Numbered from the stretch's first letter, positions 8,759 through 18,910 are shown. The stretch: 64,000 nt of DNA from Vampirovibrionaceae bacterium NZW_1234 (GCA_041697335.1 JBGUGD010000035.1:96001-160000), one strand, 5' to 3'. Notes: a model not told the origin generated them from the sequence alone. Program-made: numbers and translations.

Positions 8759-9604
8759 ATGCCTAGCCCTGTTTCCTTTGGTTCCTCCCCGATGGCCTTT
8801 TCCCCGGCCCGTCGGCAGACAACACCTCAGATTCCGACCAATCTGCGCTTTGGCGAAGGTGGGGATGGCGGTGGCGGCGACGTCGGCAGCTTTGGCGATG
8901 CCGGCCATGGCCATGACGGCGGCCATCACTCGTCGGATTCAAACAACATTGATGACGCGAGCCTCCTGGGTTTTGTGGCGGCAAATGCCGCCGAATCAAC
9001 GGAGGAATCGTCTCCTAAAAGAAAAACCAAGAAAGGCAACTCCGGCGAAGACGCTCAGCCCCAAGGTCTGGTGGAGCGTGCCGTGGCCTTTGTCAAGCGC
9101 ATGTTCAAGTCCATTCTCATCTTCTTAGGGCTGGATGCCTGGTTTAATTTGTCCAACAAACCCAAAAGCACCCCGGAAGCCAACCCGCCGGCCCCCCCCA
9201 AATCCTTTAAAACCGTGCAAGAGGCCCCCATCAAACTGACGGTGGCCGACAATGTTTCCAAACCCTTTGCAAAACAGTTGCGCAAAGCCTTGAATAATTT
9301 GCCCAAAGCGATTGCTGAGAAATTGCCCAAGGGCTTGCAACTGAAGGTGGCGCAACGGATGAACCACTTTCAGCCCGACGAATTGAGCACGAAAGACCAG
9401 AAGTCTCGCTTTAATGCATTCGGTACCTATAGCCTGAAGCAAAATACGCTTTATGTCGCTGAATCTCGCTATCAGAGCTTCCGCTGCATGAAGTCCGGCA
9501 AACCCGCGGGCGAATATAAGACCCCGGTCAATCTTGTGATCGGGCGTCTGAAACTCCTGAGCCAGGCTAAATCCACCAAAGACTTAGGGTTTGTTGTCGA
9601 CTAA
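8759..9604 (+). CDS. Hypothetical protein (N-terminal VSFG/LRFG motifs, Gly/His/Asp-rich tract, one hydrophobic segment)
   Basis: 281-aa ORF with TATAAT at 8722-8727 upstream. Confidence 0.7.
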   Translation: MPSPVSFGSSPMAFSPARRQTTPQIPTNLRFGEGGDGGGGDVGSFGDAGHGHDGGHHSSDSNNIDDASLLGFVAANAAESTEESSPKRKTKKGNSGEDAQPQGLVERAVAFVKRMFKSILIFLGLDAWFNLSNKPKSTPEANPPAPPKSFKTVQEAPIKLTVADNVSKPFAKQLRKALNNLPKAIAEKLPKGLQLKVAQRMNHFQPDELSTKDQKSRFNAFGTYSLKQNTLYVAESRYQSFRCMKSGKPAGEYKTPVNLVIGRLKLLSQAKSTKDLGFVVD

Positions 9605-9704
9605 TTCGAGCCTGAATGCGGATTATTTTGTAAACGCAAATAGGCCCAGGCCCTTGCGGGTGAAGTCAGATCCCGCACCGGATCGCCGTTTATTTTTTTA
9701 GGCC

Positions 9705-10235
9705 TTATTTCGTCTTTTTTGCCGTCTTCGACGTGCTGGGAGCTTGGCTTGAGATCCGATCAAAGGCATCAATGGCCCGGGACAGGTTGGCCATTTCGAT
9801 AGCCGTCACCGCGGCATCGGCGCCCTTGTTGCCGGACTTGGTCCCGGCCCGCTCGATGGCCTGCTCCAGGGTATCGGTGGTGATAATGCCATAAATCACC
9901 GGTGTCAGGCCTTCCTGGTTGAGGTGGGAAATACCCTTGGCCGATTCCCCGGCCACGTAATCGAAATGCGGTGTGTTGCCCCGAATGACAGCCCCCAGGC
10001 AAATGACGGCGTCAAACTTGGCCAGATCAACCAGCTTGGTGGCGGCAAAGGGGATTTCAAAGGCCCCCGGCACCCAAACCACATAGACATCTTCACGGGA
10101 AACGCCATGGCGGGACAAGGAGTCCACACAGCCTTCCAGCAGTTTTCCGGTAATAAAGTCGTTAAAGCGGCTGACAATAATGGCAATCTTGAGGCCGGTG
10201 CCGACCAGTTCGCCTTGAATGGTATTATGCAACAT
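9705..10235 (-). CDS. ribH: 6,7-dimethyl-8-ribityllumazine synthase
   Basis: [41 protein letters not shown]. Confidence 0.97.
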   Translation of the reverse strand: MLHNTIQGELVGTGLKIAIIVSRFNDFITGKLLEGCVDSLSRHGVSREDVYVVWVPGAFEIPFAATKLVDLAKFDAVICLGAVIRGNTPHFDYVAGESAKGISHLNQEGLTPVIYGIITTDTLEQAIERAGTKSGNKGADAAVTAIEMANLSRAIDAFDRISSQAPSTSKTAKKTK

Positions 10236-10292
10236 ACTCGGGGTTCGCTCCTTCTTCTTTTTGCTTGAGGGGTAACGGTTTCAAGACCAGGG

Positions 10293-11540
10293 CTAGGGGA
10301 TTAGGGCATCGAGATCCATCATATGCCCCAGTTTCGTGTGCTTGGTTTTGAGGTAGTTCTCGTTATGTTCGGTGCGCCCCAGGGGCAAGGCCACCCGGTC
10401 CAGAATATCCAGGCCGTAACCTTCCAGGCCCCGGATTTTACGCGGGTTGTTGGTAACCAGATGAAAGGCCCGCACGCCCAAATCCAAGAGAATCTGCGCC
10501 CCAACGCCGTAGTTTCTCAGGTCCGGGGCAAAGCCCAGATCGAGGTTGGCCTGAACCGTGTCCACCCCTTTTTCCTGTAAGGCATAGGACTTGATCTTGT
10601 TGGTGAGCCCGATGCCCCGGCCTTCATGGTTTCGCAAATACACGACGGCGCCTTTGCCGTGCTCATCAATCAACTGGAGTGCCGAGGCCAGCTGGGAGCC
10701 GCAATCGCAGCGTAAACTTCCCAGAACGTCACCGGTCAAACACTCGCTGTGCATCCGAATCATGGGCACCACGCCGTCATCGGCCGCCAAATCGCCCTTG
10801 ACCAGGGCCAGGTGCTCGGACTGATCGAGAACATTGGTGTAGGCAAAGACCTGGAATTCACCAAAGCGGGTGGGCAGGAAAGCCTCGGCCTCACGCCGGA
10901 CGGTGCGCTCGTGGCGAAGGCGGTAAGCAATGATCTGAGCCACGGTAATAAATTTCAGCTGATGCTCCTGGGCAAAAGCAAACAGTTCGTTGCGACGGGC
11001 CATGGTCCCATCGGGGTTCAAAATCTCACAAATGACCCCGGCAGGCTTGAGTCCGGCCAATTTGGCCAGATCCACGCTGGCCTCCGTTTGGCCGACCCGC
11101 TCGAGAACCCCGCCCGGCTTGGCGCGAAGGGGAAAAATATGACCGGGGCGACGCAGATCGCCGGGCACAGCATCGGGGGCCACGGCCACCTGAATGGTAA
11201 TCGCTCTGTCTGAGGCAGAAATGCCGGTGGTGACCCCAAACTTCTGATGGGCATCGATGCTGACGGTAAAGGCCGTCGTGTGGGCCTCGGTGTTTTGTAG
11301 GGTCATCGGATGCAATTGCAAGGCATCGCAGATGGGGCCGTCCAAGGCCAGGCAAATGAGCCCGCGGCCTTTTTCGGCCATAAAATTGATGATGTCCGGG
11401 GTTACCTTTTCCGCCGCACACACCAGATCGCCCTCGTTCTCCCGGTCCTCGTCATCGGCCACAATGACCATTTCGCCGCGACGGATGGCTTCGATAGCCT
11501 CTTCAACAGTATCAAAGCGATTTTGGGGGTCTAACGTCAT
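10293..11540 (-). CDS. ribBA: Bifunctional DHBP synthase / GTP cyclohydrolase II
   Basis: DDEDRENEGD, PGHIFPL, RMHSECLTGDVLGSLRCDCG, EGRGIGL, TNNPRK. Confidence 0.97.
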   Translation of the reverse strand: MTLDPQNRFDTVEEAIEAIRRGEMVIVADDEDRENEGDLVCAAEKVTPDIINFMAEKGRGLICLALDGPICDALQLHPMTLQNTEAHTTAFTVSIDAHQKFGVTTGISASDRAITIQVAVAPDAVPGDLRRPGHIFPLRAKPGGVLERVGQTEASVDLAKLAGLKPAGVICEILNPDGTMARRNELFAFAQEHQLKFITVAQIIAYRLRHERTVRREAEAFLPTRFGEFQVFAYTNVLDQSEHLALVKGDLAADDGVVPMIRMHSECLTGDVLGSLRCDCGSQLASALQLIDEHGKGAVVYLRNHEGRGIGLTNKIKSYALQEKGVDTVQANLDLGFAPDLRNYGVGAQILLDLGVRAFHLVTNNPRKIRGLEGYGLDILDRVALPLGRTEHNENYLKTKHTKLGHMMDLDALIP

Positions 11541-11560
11541 CTTCCACGCTCCTTAAGGGG

Positions 11561-12217
11561 TTAGGGGGTAAAGCCGTGGGCGGCCAAAAAGGCCTCATCC
11601 ACGCGCGAGGGGGCTACTGTATGTAACGTTGGTGATAGCATTTTTTTGACATACTTGCCCAATAAATCCGTTTCGATGTTCACCGTGTCGCCCACCTTGC
11701 GATCGGAGAGGGTTGTATGGGCCAGGGTGTGGGGAATAATGGCCACAGAGAACGTATCGCCTTCGACGGTATTCACCGTGAGGCTGATGCCAGCAATGGC
11801 AATGGATCCTTTTTCCACCACAAACTGGGCCAATTCCGAATCCAGCAGGCGAAAGGTAAAGATCACCGCATTGCCTTCCGGCTGGCGGCGCACCAAGGTG
11901 GCCAGGCCATCAACATGACCGGTGACATAATGGCCGCCAATGCGGCTTGTGGGGGTCAAGGGGCGCTCCAGGTTGACCCGGGTCCCCGGTTTGTAAGCGC
12001 CAAACCCGGTCTTTCGCATGGTCTCCGGCGAGGCTTCGATGGTAAAACTGGTGGGGGTAAAGGCCACGACCGTGGTACAGGCCCCATCAATGGCAATGCT
12101 GTCGCCCAATTTGACGTTTTCCAAGACGGTTTTGGCTGAAATGATCAGGACACTACCCTCGGGGCTTTGCTGGATGGAAGCCACCGACCCGACTTCTTCG
12201 ATGAGACCGGTAAACAT
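11561..12217 (-). CDS. ribE: Riboflavin synthase (alpha chain)
   Basis: MFTGLIEE N-terminus, GDSIAIDGACTTV, GGHYVTGHVD, IIPHT. Confidence 0.96.
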   Translation of the reverse strand: MFTGLIEEVGSVASIQQSPEGSVLIISAKTVLENVKLGDSIAIDGACTTVVAFTPTSFTIEASPETMRKTGFGAYKPGTRVNLERPLTPTSRIGGHYVTGHVDGLATLVRRQPEGNAVIFTFRLLDSELAQFVVEKGSIAIAGISLTVNTVEGDTFSVAIIPHTLAHTTLSDRKVGDTVNIETDLLGKYVKKMLSPTLHTVAPSRVDEAFLAAHGFTP

Positions 12218-12425
12218 CTGAAGCGAACTCTTTACGTCGTATAGTGATTATCAATGTCCTCACCATAGCGCAACAGTGCGGTCTTTTCAACGGCTTGGTC
12301 TGATGTGTTTTAGAAGGGAAAACAAAAGGGGGTTAATGATACAAATGTAACAATTCCTCTAAAAACCATTGTATCGACGATTTATTTGAAACAGAATCAA
12401 CACTTGGACAAACATCCGTTTGACA

Positions 12426-12452
12426 TCAATTTCCCCTCTCGCATCCCGATGA
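12426..12452 (+). promoter_or_regulatory. Sigma-28-like promoter candidate
   Basis: TCAA-N15-CCCGATGA, ending 45 bp before ATG 12498. Confidence 0.4.
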
Positions 12453-12497
12453 CATCGTCCTATTTTATTTCAATTTTAATTTTGGGAGATACTCTGC

Positions 12498-13289
12498 ATG
12501 CAACCCCTCTCAGGATCTGTCCGCTTTGGCGTGACCACCACCATTAATCCGGTCCAAACCATTGCCGCGTTGGAAACCAATTTGGCCCTTTTAAAAGCCA
12601 AGCAAGCGGATGAGGCCAATGTGCAGAAAATGAATGACCGCAATGACCCTATTAGCCTGCATGTTGACATTTTTGAAACTGGCCAAGCCAAAGCCAGCAT
12701 TACCACCCAAAACACCCGCCAAAGCAAAACCGTTGAGCTGAACGACACCACCCAGGTTCCCGCGTTTTGGCAGACGATTCTGGGCGAAATGAAAACACTG
12801 TTACCCCGTCCAAAAACCCCTCAAGAACTGGATCAGGAACGATTAACGTATGGGGCATTCCAACTGAATCGTCTCTTAGAAGCCCTGGGCAAAAGTGAAT
12901 ATAAGCTTCTCAATGCGAGAACCAGCCTATCAGAAGTCGGTAAAAGCGTTTATCAAATGGCTGAAGTCGAGGTGGATGGAAAACCCTATACCATGCTTCA
13001 TGTGTCGCCTAAAAATACGCTCGAGATTGGATGCCAAGCAACGGGAGAATTGATCCGCTACACAGAAGCTGAACCGTCGTGGTTTCGATTGCCGTTCTTG
13101 GGAAGACGCAACGCAAATACCGCTGAAATTTTGATTCGAACCCGTGAAGAAAATGACCCGGGAAAAACATATAACATTTCGAACCAATCCTTGAGCCCTT
13201 ATGATACAGAAGGCCAAAAAACGCTCGCCCTTGGCGCCACATCCAAGCTGCTGATGCGAAAACTTAAAGACAACTTTGCGTTTGAGTAA
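12498..13289 (+). CDS. Hypothetical protein (N-terminal VRFG motif)
   Basis: 263-aa ORF with GGGAG RBS; visibly more AT-rich than its flanks. Confidence 0.75.
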   Translation: MQPLSGSVRFGVTTTINPVQTIAALETNLALLKAKQADEANVQKMNDRNDPISLHVDIFETGQAKASITTQNTRQSKTVELNDTTQVPAFWQTILGEMKTLLPRPKTPQELDQERLTYGAFQLNRLLEALGKSEYKLLNARTSLSEVGKSVYQMAEVEVDGKPYTMLHVSPKNTLEIGCQATGELIRYTEAEPSWFRLPFLGRRNANTAEILIRTREENDPGKTYNISNQSLSPYDTEGQKTLALGATSKLLMRKLKDNFAFE

Positions 13290-13382
13290 CCTCACCAGAG
13301 CCGCAAAGCACGGTTATCACGAAACCGTTTTTTGGGTATGATCAGGGCCATTGAATCTGCGTTGTTTACGGAGGATTTCCCG

Positions 13383-13850
13383 ATGTCTGTTGATACTCAA
13401 GCCCTGGTTGCCGTTGGCAGCAAAGCCCCCGAGTTTAATAATGTCCTGGCCACGGGCAACGTCCGCATTAATCTGGCCGATTATGCCGGCAAGTACCTGA
13501 TTATGGTGTTCTACCCGAAAGATCAGACCCCCGGCTGCACAAAACAACTGTGCGCCCTTCGCGATGATTACACGATGCTGAAATCCATCAACACCGACGT
13601 CCTGGGTGTGAATCCCGATGGGCTGGAAAGCCATGAGCGATTTGTCACCGCCCAAAGCTACCCGTTCCCCATCCTGGTGGATGAAGGGGCTGCCATTGCC
13701 AAGGCGTATGGGGCCACTAAAGAAGGCGGCAGCGGCATTCAACGGACCGTCTACATCATCGACCCGAACGGAAACGTCCTGTTTGCCGAACAAGGCATGC
13801 CCACCGACGAGACCCTGGCGGCCGCCATTCGCCAGCATCAGGGCGCCTAG
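13383..13850 (+). CDS. bcp: Peroxiredoxin (BCP/PrxQ)
   Basis: FYPKDQTPGCTKQLC motif; GGAGG RBS. Confidence 0.92.
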   Translation: MSVDTQALVAVGSKAPEFNNVLATGNVRINLADYAGKYLIMVFYPKDQTPGCTKQLCALRDDYTMLKSINTDVLGVNPDGLESHERFVTAQSYPFPILVDEGAAIAKAYGATKEGGSGIQRTVYIIDPNGNVLFAEQGMPTDETLAAAIRQHQGA

Positions 13851-13878
13851 GCCAAAAAGCCAGAGAGAGATCACGCTG

Positions 13879-14358
13879 ATGAGCACCACGGCACTGCCCA
13901 ATCGCTGGGTTATTGTTAGTTCGCCGGAAAACTTTGCCACCACCGCCGAGCTGGGGTTTACGCTCCAAGGCATCAAGTCCCGGCATCGCAAAAAGGCCGA
14001 GCAAATCCGCCCTGGAGACACGGTGATATACTACATCACTGGGAAACAAGCCCTGGCCGCCATTGCCCAGGTGACCTCAAGCTACTTTGAAGACCAGACC
14101 CGGGTGTGGAACTGCAAAAGCAACCGGGACACCGAGGTTTATCCCTTTCGCTTTCGCCTGGCCCCGGATCTGATTCTGCCGGAATCGGCCTATCTGCCCG
14201 CCCAAGACCTGGCCGGGCAGCTGACCTATCTGAAAAAATGGCCCGCCGAGCATTGGCGCCTCGGGTTTCAGGGGAACATCCACCTGTGGCCGGAAGCCGA
14301 TTATCAGCTGGCCCGGGAGGCCATGCTGGCCCAACAGGCAAAGGCGGTGGTCGTATGA
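13879..14358 (+). CDS. EVE domain protein
   Basis: WVIVSSPENF, IRPGDTVIYY, VYPFRF; ATG 13879 chosen as start. Confidence 0.8.
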   Translation: MSTTALPNRWVIVSSPENFATTAELGFTLQGIKSRHRKKAEQIRPGDTVIYYITGKQALAAIAQVTSSYFEDQTRVWNCKSNRDTEVYPFRFRLAPDLILPESAYLPAQDLAGQLTYLKKWPAEHWRLGFQGNIHLWPEADYQLAREAMLAQQAKAVVV

Positions 14359-14831
14359 AACATGCGCTTCTCAAAACCACCCATGCCCTCGAAGTGGTTT
14401 CTCTTGGCTTGATGATGGGGGGCATGCTGACCCTGGGTGCCTTTGTTGCCCCGATGGTGTTTCGCAGCTTTCCGGTGGATCAAGCCGGCGCCGTGATGAC
14501 GGTTATCTTTCGGCGGTTTGACGCGGTCCTGCTGGTTTGCCTGGCCGGGGTTGCCCTGGGTGAAGTCGTTCGGTTTTTAACCAAAGCCGACAAAGGGTCT
14601 AAACTCCTGGCCCGCCTGCGTCGCGTCAGTGTGTTGGGCTTGATGGCCGTTACCCTGTATGGCAGCCTGATGGTACACCCCCAGATTGAGGCCTTTCAGA
14701 AGGCTGGCGTTCGGCGAGGTGTGGGGGTGGAAGGCCAGGCCTTTGAGTGCCTGCACAAGACCTCGGAATCGCTCTATAAAACCGACTTTGTTCTGAGCAC
14801 CGTGACGTTGATCCTGCTCGCGCTCATCTAA
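14355..14831 (+). CDS. DUF4149 membrane protein
   Basis: FVAPMVFRSF...AGAVM..IFRRF, F..LH..SE.L; ATGA overlap with the EVE gene. Confidence 0.8.
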   Translation: MKHALLKTTHALEVVSLGLMMGGMLTLGAFVAPMVFRSFPVDQAGAVMTVIFRRFDAVLLVCLAGVALGEVVRFLTKADKGSKLLARLRRVSVLGLMAVTLYGSLMVHPQIEAFQKAGVRRGVGVEGQAFECLHKTSESLYKTDFVLSTVTLILLALI

Positions 14832-15817
14832 AAACGCCGGTAATGCACCCCGGCCCAAAAGGCCCCGCCCACAAATACCAGGGTCAACATCAGGCACCAG
14901 ACTGTCAGATTCACATCCTTGTCCTCCAGGCCCAAGGTCTTTTGGCTGATGCGCTCGTAAATCTGCTGGAAGTCCTCCAGTTTGGAGGCCCGAAAATAGG
15001 TCCCCCCGGTTTGCTGGGCCAGGGATTGCAAGGTGGTTTCATCCAGGCGGGTGAAAATGCTGTCTTTAATGTAGGCCCCGGTTTCTTCGCCAATGCCGAT
15101 GCTGAAAATCCGCAAACGATTCTCAATGGCATGTTGCACGGCAATGGCCGGGGACATCCCCAAGTTGCTTTCGCCGTCAGTAATCAGAATCAAGCTGCCC
15201 TGGGGCTGCCCTGGCTGGACCTCACTAGGCCGTGAGTTTGTGGGAGGGGTGGCACCTTGCGATGCGGCTGTCATGGCATCGGTCGCCGTGATAATGGCAT
15301 CGCCAATGGCGGTGCCTTGGCGAAGATCCTGCAAGGTCAAGCTTTTCAAGTAGGCGCTAACCAGATGATGATCGTTCACCGGCGGGGTGACCAGATACGT
15401 GTTTCCGGCAAACAGTTCCAGGCCGATCTTAACCTCCCGGGGCAGATCCTCGACAAAGGCAATGGCGGCTTTTTTGGCAACCTCCAGACGGTTTGGCTTG
15501 AAATCGGTGGCCTCCATGCTGAGCGAAATGTCCATGACCAGCATCAAATAACTGTTGTGGGTGATGACTTTGGTCCGCCAGGTAGGCTGGGCGAGGCCAA
15601 TAATGCCGGTGGTGACCGCCGCCAGCAAACATAAGGGGATAATCCGCTGCAACCAGACATGTTTGGGATTGCCCTGAAGGGCGCTTAAGGCCGAAACCTG
15701 GCTAAAGGCAAAGGCATCTTGCCAGAACTGACGCTGTCGGGTTAAAAACCACCACGCCAAACCCGGCACAGCCAGCAACAACAGGAGCATCCAGGGCCAT
15801 TCAAACCAGAACGTCAT
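14828..15817 (-). CDS. vWA domain membrane protein (BatA-like)
   Basis: FEWPWMLLLL N-terminus, MIDAS DISLS, GTAIGDAI, LITDGESN. Confidence 0.9.
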   Translation of the reverse strand: MTFWFEWPWMLLLLLAVPGLAWWFLTRQRQFWQDAFAFSQVSALSALQGNPKHVWLQRIIPLCLLAAVTTGIIGLAQPTWRTKVITHNSYLMLVMDISLSMEATDFKPNRLEVAKKAAIAFVEDLPREVKIGLELFAGNTYLVTPPVNDHHLVSAYLKSLTLQDLRQGTAIGDAIITATDAMTAASQGATPPTNSRPSEVQPGQPQGSLILITDGESNLGMSPAIAVQHAIENRLRIFSIGIGEETGAYIKDSIFTRLDETTLQSLAQQTGGTYFRASKLEDFQQIYERISQKTLGLEDKDVNLTVWCLMLTLVFVGGAFWAGVHYRRF

Positions 15818-16761
15818 GCCACACGCACCAGGGGCATTAGCTGGGCCAAGGGCGGCTGATCCGTCATCAGCCGGGTGCAGTCACCCCAGTAGGTCGCTTG
15901 GGCTATCCGGGCCTCGACCTTGGCGGCCATGGTCGTCTGATACTGGGCCCGCTGGGCCGCATCCGTCATGTCGACCCAGGCCGTCTCTCCGCGAAGTGGG
16001 TCAAGTAGGGGCAACCAGCCAACAGATGGCTTCAGAGCCATCTCAACTGGGTCTAACACCATCAGCGTGTGGATCTGATGTTTTCGGGACCAGCGTATCC
16101 AGGTGTTTTGAGACGCCTCGGGATGTTCAAGAAAGGCCAGATCGCTCACCAAAAAGACCAGGCATCGGTTGGTTAACAGGGCCTGCAAATCGGGAACACG
16201 GCTGGGCGCATAACGGGCATGGGTCGGCACGGTCCGGGGAATGGTTTCCAGGATCCAGGTCAGATGGCTTTCCATGGACCGAGGCGGAATGACCGTAACA
16301 CCCGCCTCACCCTGCCAGAGAATCAGGCCCACCCGCTGGCCTGTTTGCAAAGCCATCAGGCCTAAGACGGCAACCACTTCCCGGGCATAGCCAATCTTGG
16401 CTTGGGTCTGGCCAAAGCCCATGGGCAAGGTGGCATCCACCACAAACCAGACCGGGATCTGCTTTTCATCAAAATGCTCTTTGACATGGGGCACGCCGGT
16501 TCGGGCCAGGACATTCCAGTCGATTTTTCGCACATCATCGCCGGGCTGGTATTCCCGAAGGCCCTTTAGCTCCATGCCATGGCCCTGAAACACCCCTTTG
16601 GTATTGCCCGGATAAGGCGAACCCAGGGATTGTCGCAAGCGAAACTGAAGCCGCCGCAGCAGGGCCGTGGAATGCTCCGAGAGCGCAGGGTTAATTGAAG
16701 CCGCCTCAACCAGATCGGCGGTGGGATCCCAGAGCGTCCGCAATCGGCTCAAGGCGGTCAT
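15814..16761 (-). CDS. DUF58 protein
   Basis: GHGMELKGLREYQPGDDVRKIDWNVLAR. Confidence 0.92.
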   Translation of the reverse strand: MTALSRLRTLWDPTADLVEAASINPALSEHSTALLRRLQFRLRQSLGSPYPGNTKGVFQGHGMELKGLREYQPGDDVRKIDWNVLARTGVPHVKEHFDEKQIPVWFVVDATLPMGFGQTQAKIGYAREVVAVLGLMALQTGQRVGLILWQGEAGVTVIPPRSMESHLTWILETIPRTVPTHARYAPSRVPDLQALLTNRCLVFLVSDLAFLEHPEASQNTWIRWSRKHQIHTLMVLDPVEMALKPSVGWLPLLDPLRGETAWVDMTDAAQRAQYQTTMAAKVEARIAQATYWGDCTRLMTDQPPLAQLMPLVRVA

Positions 16762-17747
16762 CCGACAGACCGAAGCTCCTCTGGTGCAGCAAAGCCTCCT
16801 TGTGACCAGAGATCATCCAGCAGCATATCCGGGGTTTGGCTGGCCGTCAGGGCTTCATAGGACAGAATAACCCGGTGGCGCAGACAATCTTTAAAGACCC
16901 AGGCAATGTCCTCCGGCAGGACATATGGCCGACCGCGTAGCAAGGCCAGGCCCTTAGCCGCTGTAGCCACAGACAAGGTGCCCCGGGGAGAGGCCCCATA
17001 CAAAAGCCGATTTTCAGAAGCCGATCGGGTGGCCTGGACCAGCTTTACAATGCCACTCATCAGCGTGGGTTCGATAAACACCTTGGGGACCAGTGCCATC
17101 AGCTCCATTAATTGGGCATGGGTTAACACCGGTTGCGGCTCGGGCAAGCCCGTCTGGGTGACCCGTTCCAGGATGACAAACTCCTCATCCGAGCTTGGAT
17201 AATCCACCAAAATCTTGAACAGAAAGCGATCCAACTGGGCCTCGGGCAAGGAATACGTACCTTCCGATTCGATGGGGTTTTGAGTGGCCATCACCAGAAA
17301 GGGAGCCTTTAACGAAAAGGTGTCTCGGCCAATGGTCACCTGGTGCTCCTGCATGGCCTCCAACAAGGCGCTTTGAACCTTGGCCGGGGCCCGGTTGATT
17401 TCGTCGGCCAAAATAAAATTGGCAAACAACGGGCCTTGCTCCGTGGAAAAACTGCCTTGAACCGGGTTATAAATCCGGGTGCCAATCAGATCGGCCGGCA
17501 ACAGATCCGGGGTAAACTGAATGCGCTTGAAGTCAACGGCCATGATTTGGGCCAGCGTTTTCAAGGCCAGGGTCTTGGCCAAGCCGGGTGCCCCTTCCAC
17601 CAACACATGGCCTTTGCAGATGACGGCCACCAACAAGCTCTCCAGCAAACGGCTTTGCCCAACCACGACTCGCTTTAACTCGTAGAGAGCCTGCTCTAAA
17701 ATCTGATGGGCCTCGCGGGCCTCGGTGTCGGAAAGTCGATCCTGCAT
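16758..17747 (-). CDS. moxR: MoxR family AAA+ ATPase
   Basis: GAPGLAKT, RIQFTPDLLPADL, LADEINRAPAKVQSALLEAM, ATQNPIE, LPEAQLDRF. Confidence 0.95.
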   Translation of the reverse strand: MQDRLSDTEAREAHQILEQALYELKRVVVGQSRLLESLLVAVICKGHVLVEGAPGLAKTLALKTLAQIMAVDFKRIQFTPDLLPADLIGTRIYNPVQGSFSTEQGPLFANFILADEINRAPAKVQSALLEAMQEHQVTIGRDTFSLKAPFLVMATQNPIESEGTYSLPEAQLDRFLFKILVDYPSSDEEFVILERVTQTGLPEPQPVLTHAQLMELMALVPKVFIEPTLMSGIVKLVQATRSASENRLLYGASPRGTLSVATAAKGLALLRGRPYVLPEDIAWVFKDCLRHRVILSYEALTASQTPDMLLDDLWSQGGFAAPEELRSVG

Positions 17748-17808
17748 GGTTTTATTGTACCGTCTCTCGGACGGATTGGGGTACAGAATGGCGGCAGAAT
17801 TGACGCGC

Positions 17809-18846
17809 TTAGGCGGCGGGGGCAAATAAATTGTCAAACCAGCTCTTCATGGCTTGTCCCAAGCCACCCGACTGCCGAGTGGGTTCGGCAATGTAGGCTT
17901 GCGCATCTTGACGGACACGCTGCATATCGGCCATGGCCGTTGCATCGGCCCCTTCCCCTGAGGCATCCAAAAGAACACCCATCAATTCAGCCATTTCAAG
18001 TTTTCGAAAGACCTGCTGCAGGGCATCCGTATTGCCGCTTTGCCGCGCCTCGGTTAAGAGCTGACCCGCTTCGGCCACCAGAGTTTGCTGACGTCCCTGT
18101 ACTTTTTTGGCGGCTCGCGTCGCTTTATCCGATCGTTCCTGTTTTTCTTCCGGCGTTTCAAAGTTATTGGGATCCGCTTGCTGTTCGTTGGCATCGCTGG
18201 CCCCGTCGGACACGCCGACCATATTTGCCCTCGGGTTCACAGACCCTTGATCCGCGCCGGGACTGGTAACTGGCATCGACATAGAGCCGCCATTGGCGTT
18301 GGCAACGGACCCATAATTTGGGAGATTCGAGGATTTGGCATTGGGCGAAGCCATCAAAGCCAAGATGTCCTCATCTGAGAGATCCGGGGCCCCTTTCATG
18401 GCCGTTCGGATCATGGAAACCACCAGACTTTGCATTCGTATCAGGCGAAGCCGCATATCAATATTTTTGGCCGCTTCCAAATCCATGGATTCGGCTTTAC
18501 CTTTGATTTTAATGCTCCTTAAGGCATCCTGAATCATCCCACCGGCTTGAATCAAGAGCTGAACGGCGCCCTTGGGGTTAAAAAACATCATGTTTTGCGC
18601 CGCATTGGTAAGACTTAAAATCTCGGAAATCGTCGATTCATCCAGCTCGTTCTGCTGCTTTTTCTGCATTGCCTCGATGGTTTCAGACAGCTTTTCCATG
18701 GTGGGTGAGTTCAGTCCCGGTGCATCGGCTCGCATCAGCCCCACCATGGGCGCAGAAGCCATGCCCTTTGCCTGGGGTGTTTGGCTCGCATTGACCGATG
18801 GCTGCGACGTTAAATTGGCAACTGTATTCGCACCTTGAATGCGCAT
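17809..18846 (-). CDS. Hypothetical helical protein with low-complexity N-terminus
   Basis: ATG 18846 (MRIQGANTVANL...); 345 aa; no recognised domain. Confidence 0.7.
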   Translation of the reverse strand: MRIQGANTVANLTSQPSVNASQTPQAKGMASAPMVGLMRADAPGLNSPTMEKLSETIEAMQKKQQNELDESTISEILSLTNAAQNMMFFNPKGAVQLLIQAGGMIQDALRSIKIKGKAESMDLEAAKNIDMRLRLIRMQSLVVSMIRTAMKGAPDLSDEDILALMASPNAKSSNLPNYGSVANANGGSMSMPVTSPGADQGSVNPRANMVGVSDGASDANEQQADPNNFETPEEKQERSDKATRAAKKVQGRQQTLVAEAGQLLTEARQSGNTDALQQVFRKLEMAELMGVLLDASGEGADATAMADMQRVRQDAQAYIAEPTRQSGGLGQAMKSWFDNLFAPAA

Positions 18847-18910
18847 GCGCTCGCGACTCTCAATCACTATCCATAAATATAAAAACAATCATTTTGTCCC
18901 CCGGTGATGG

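Noticed and set aside
12218..12420. FMN riboswitch upstream of the rib operon
   Set aside because: I found none of the conserved RFN motifs (AGGGCGGGG, AAUUCCCGACCG, GGAUGGGAG) in this leader.
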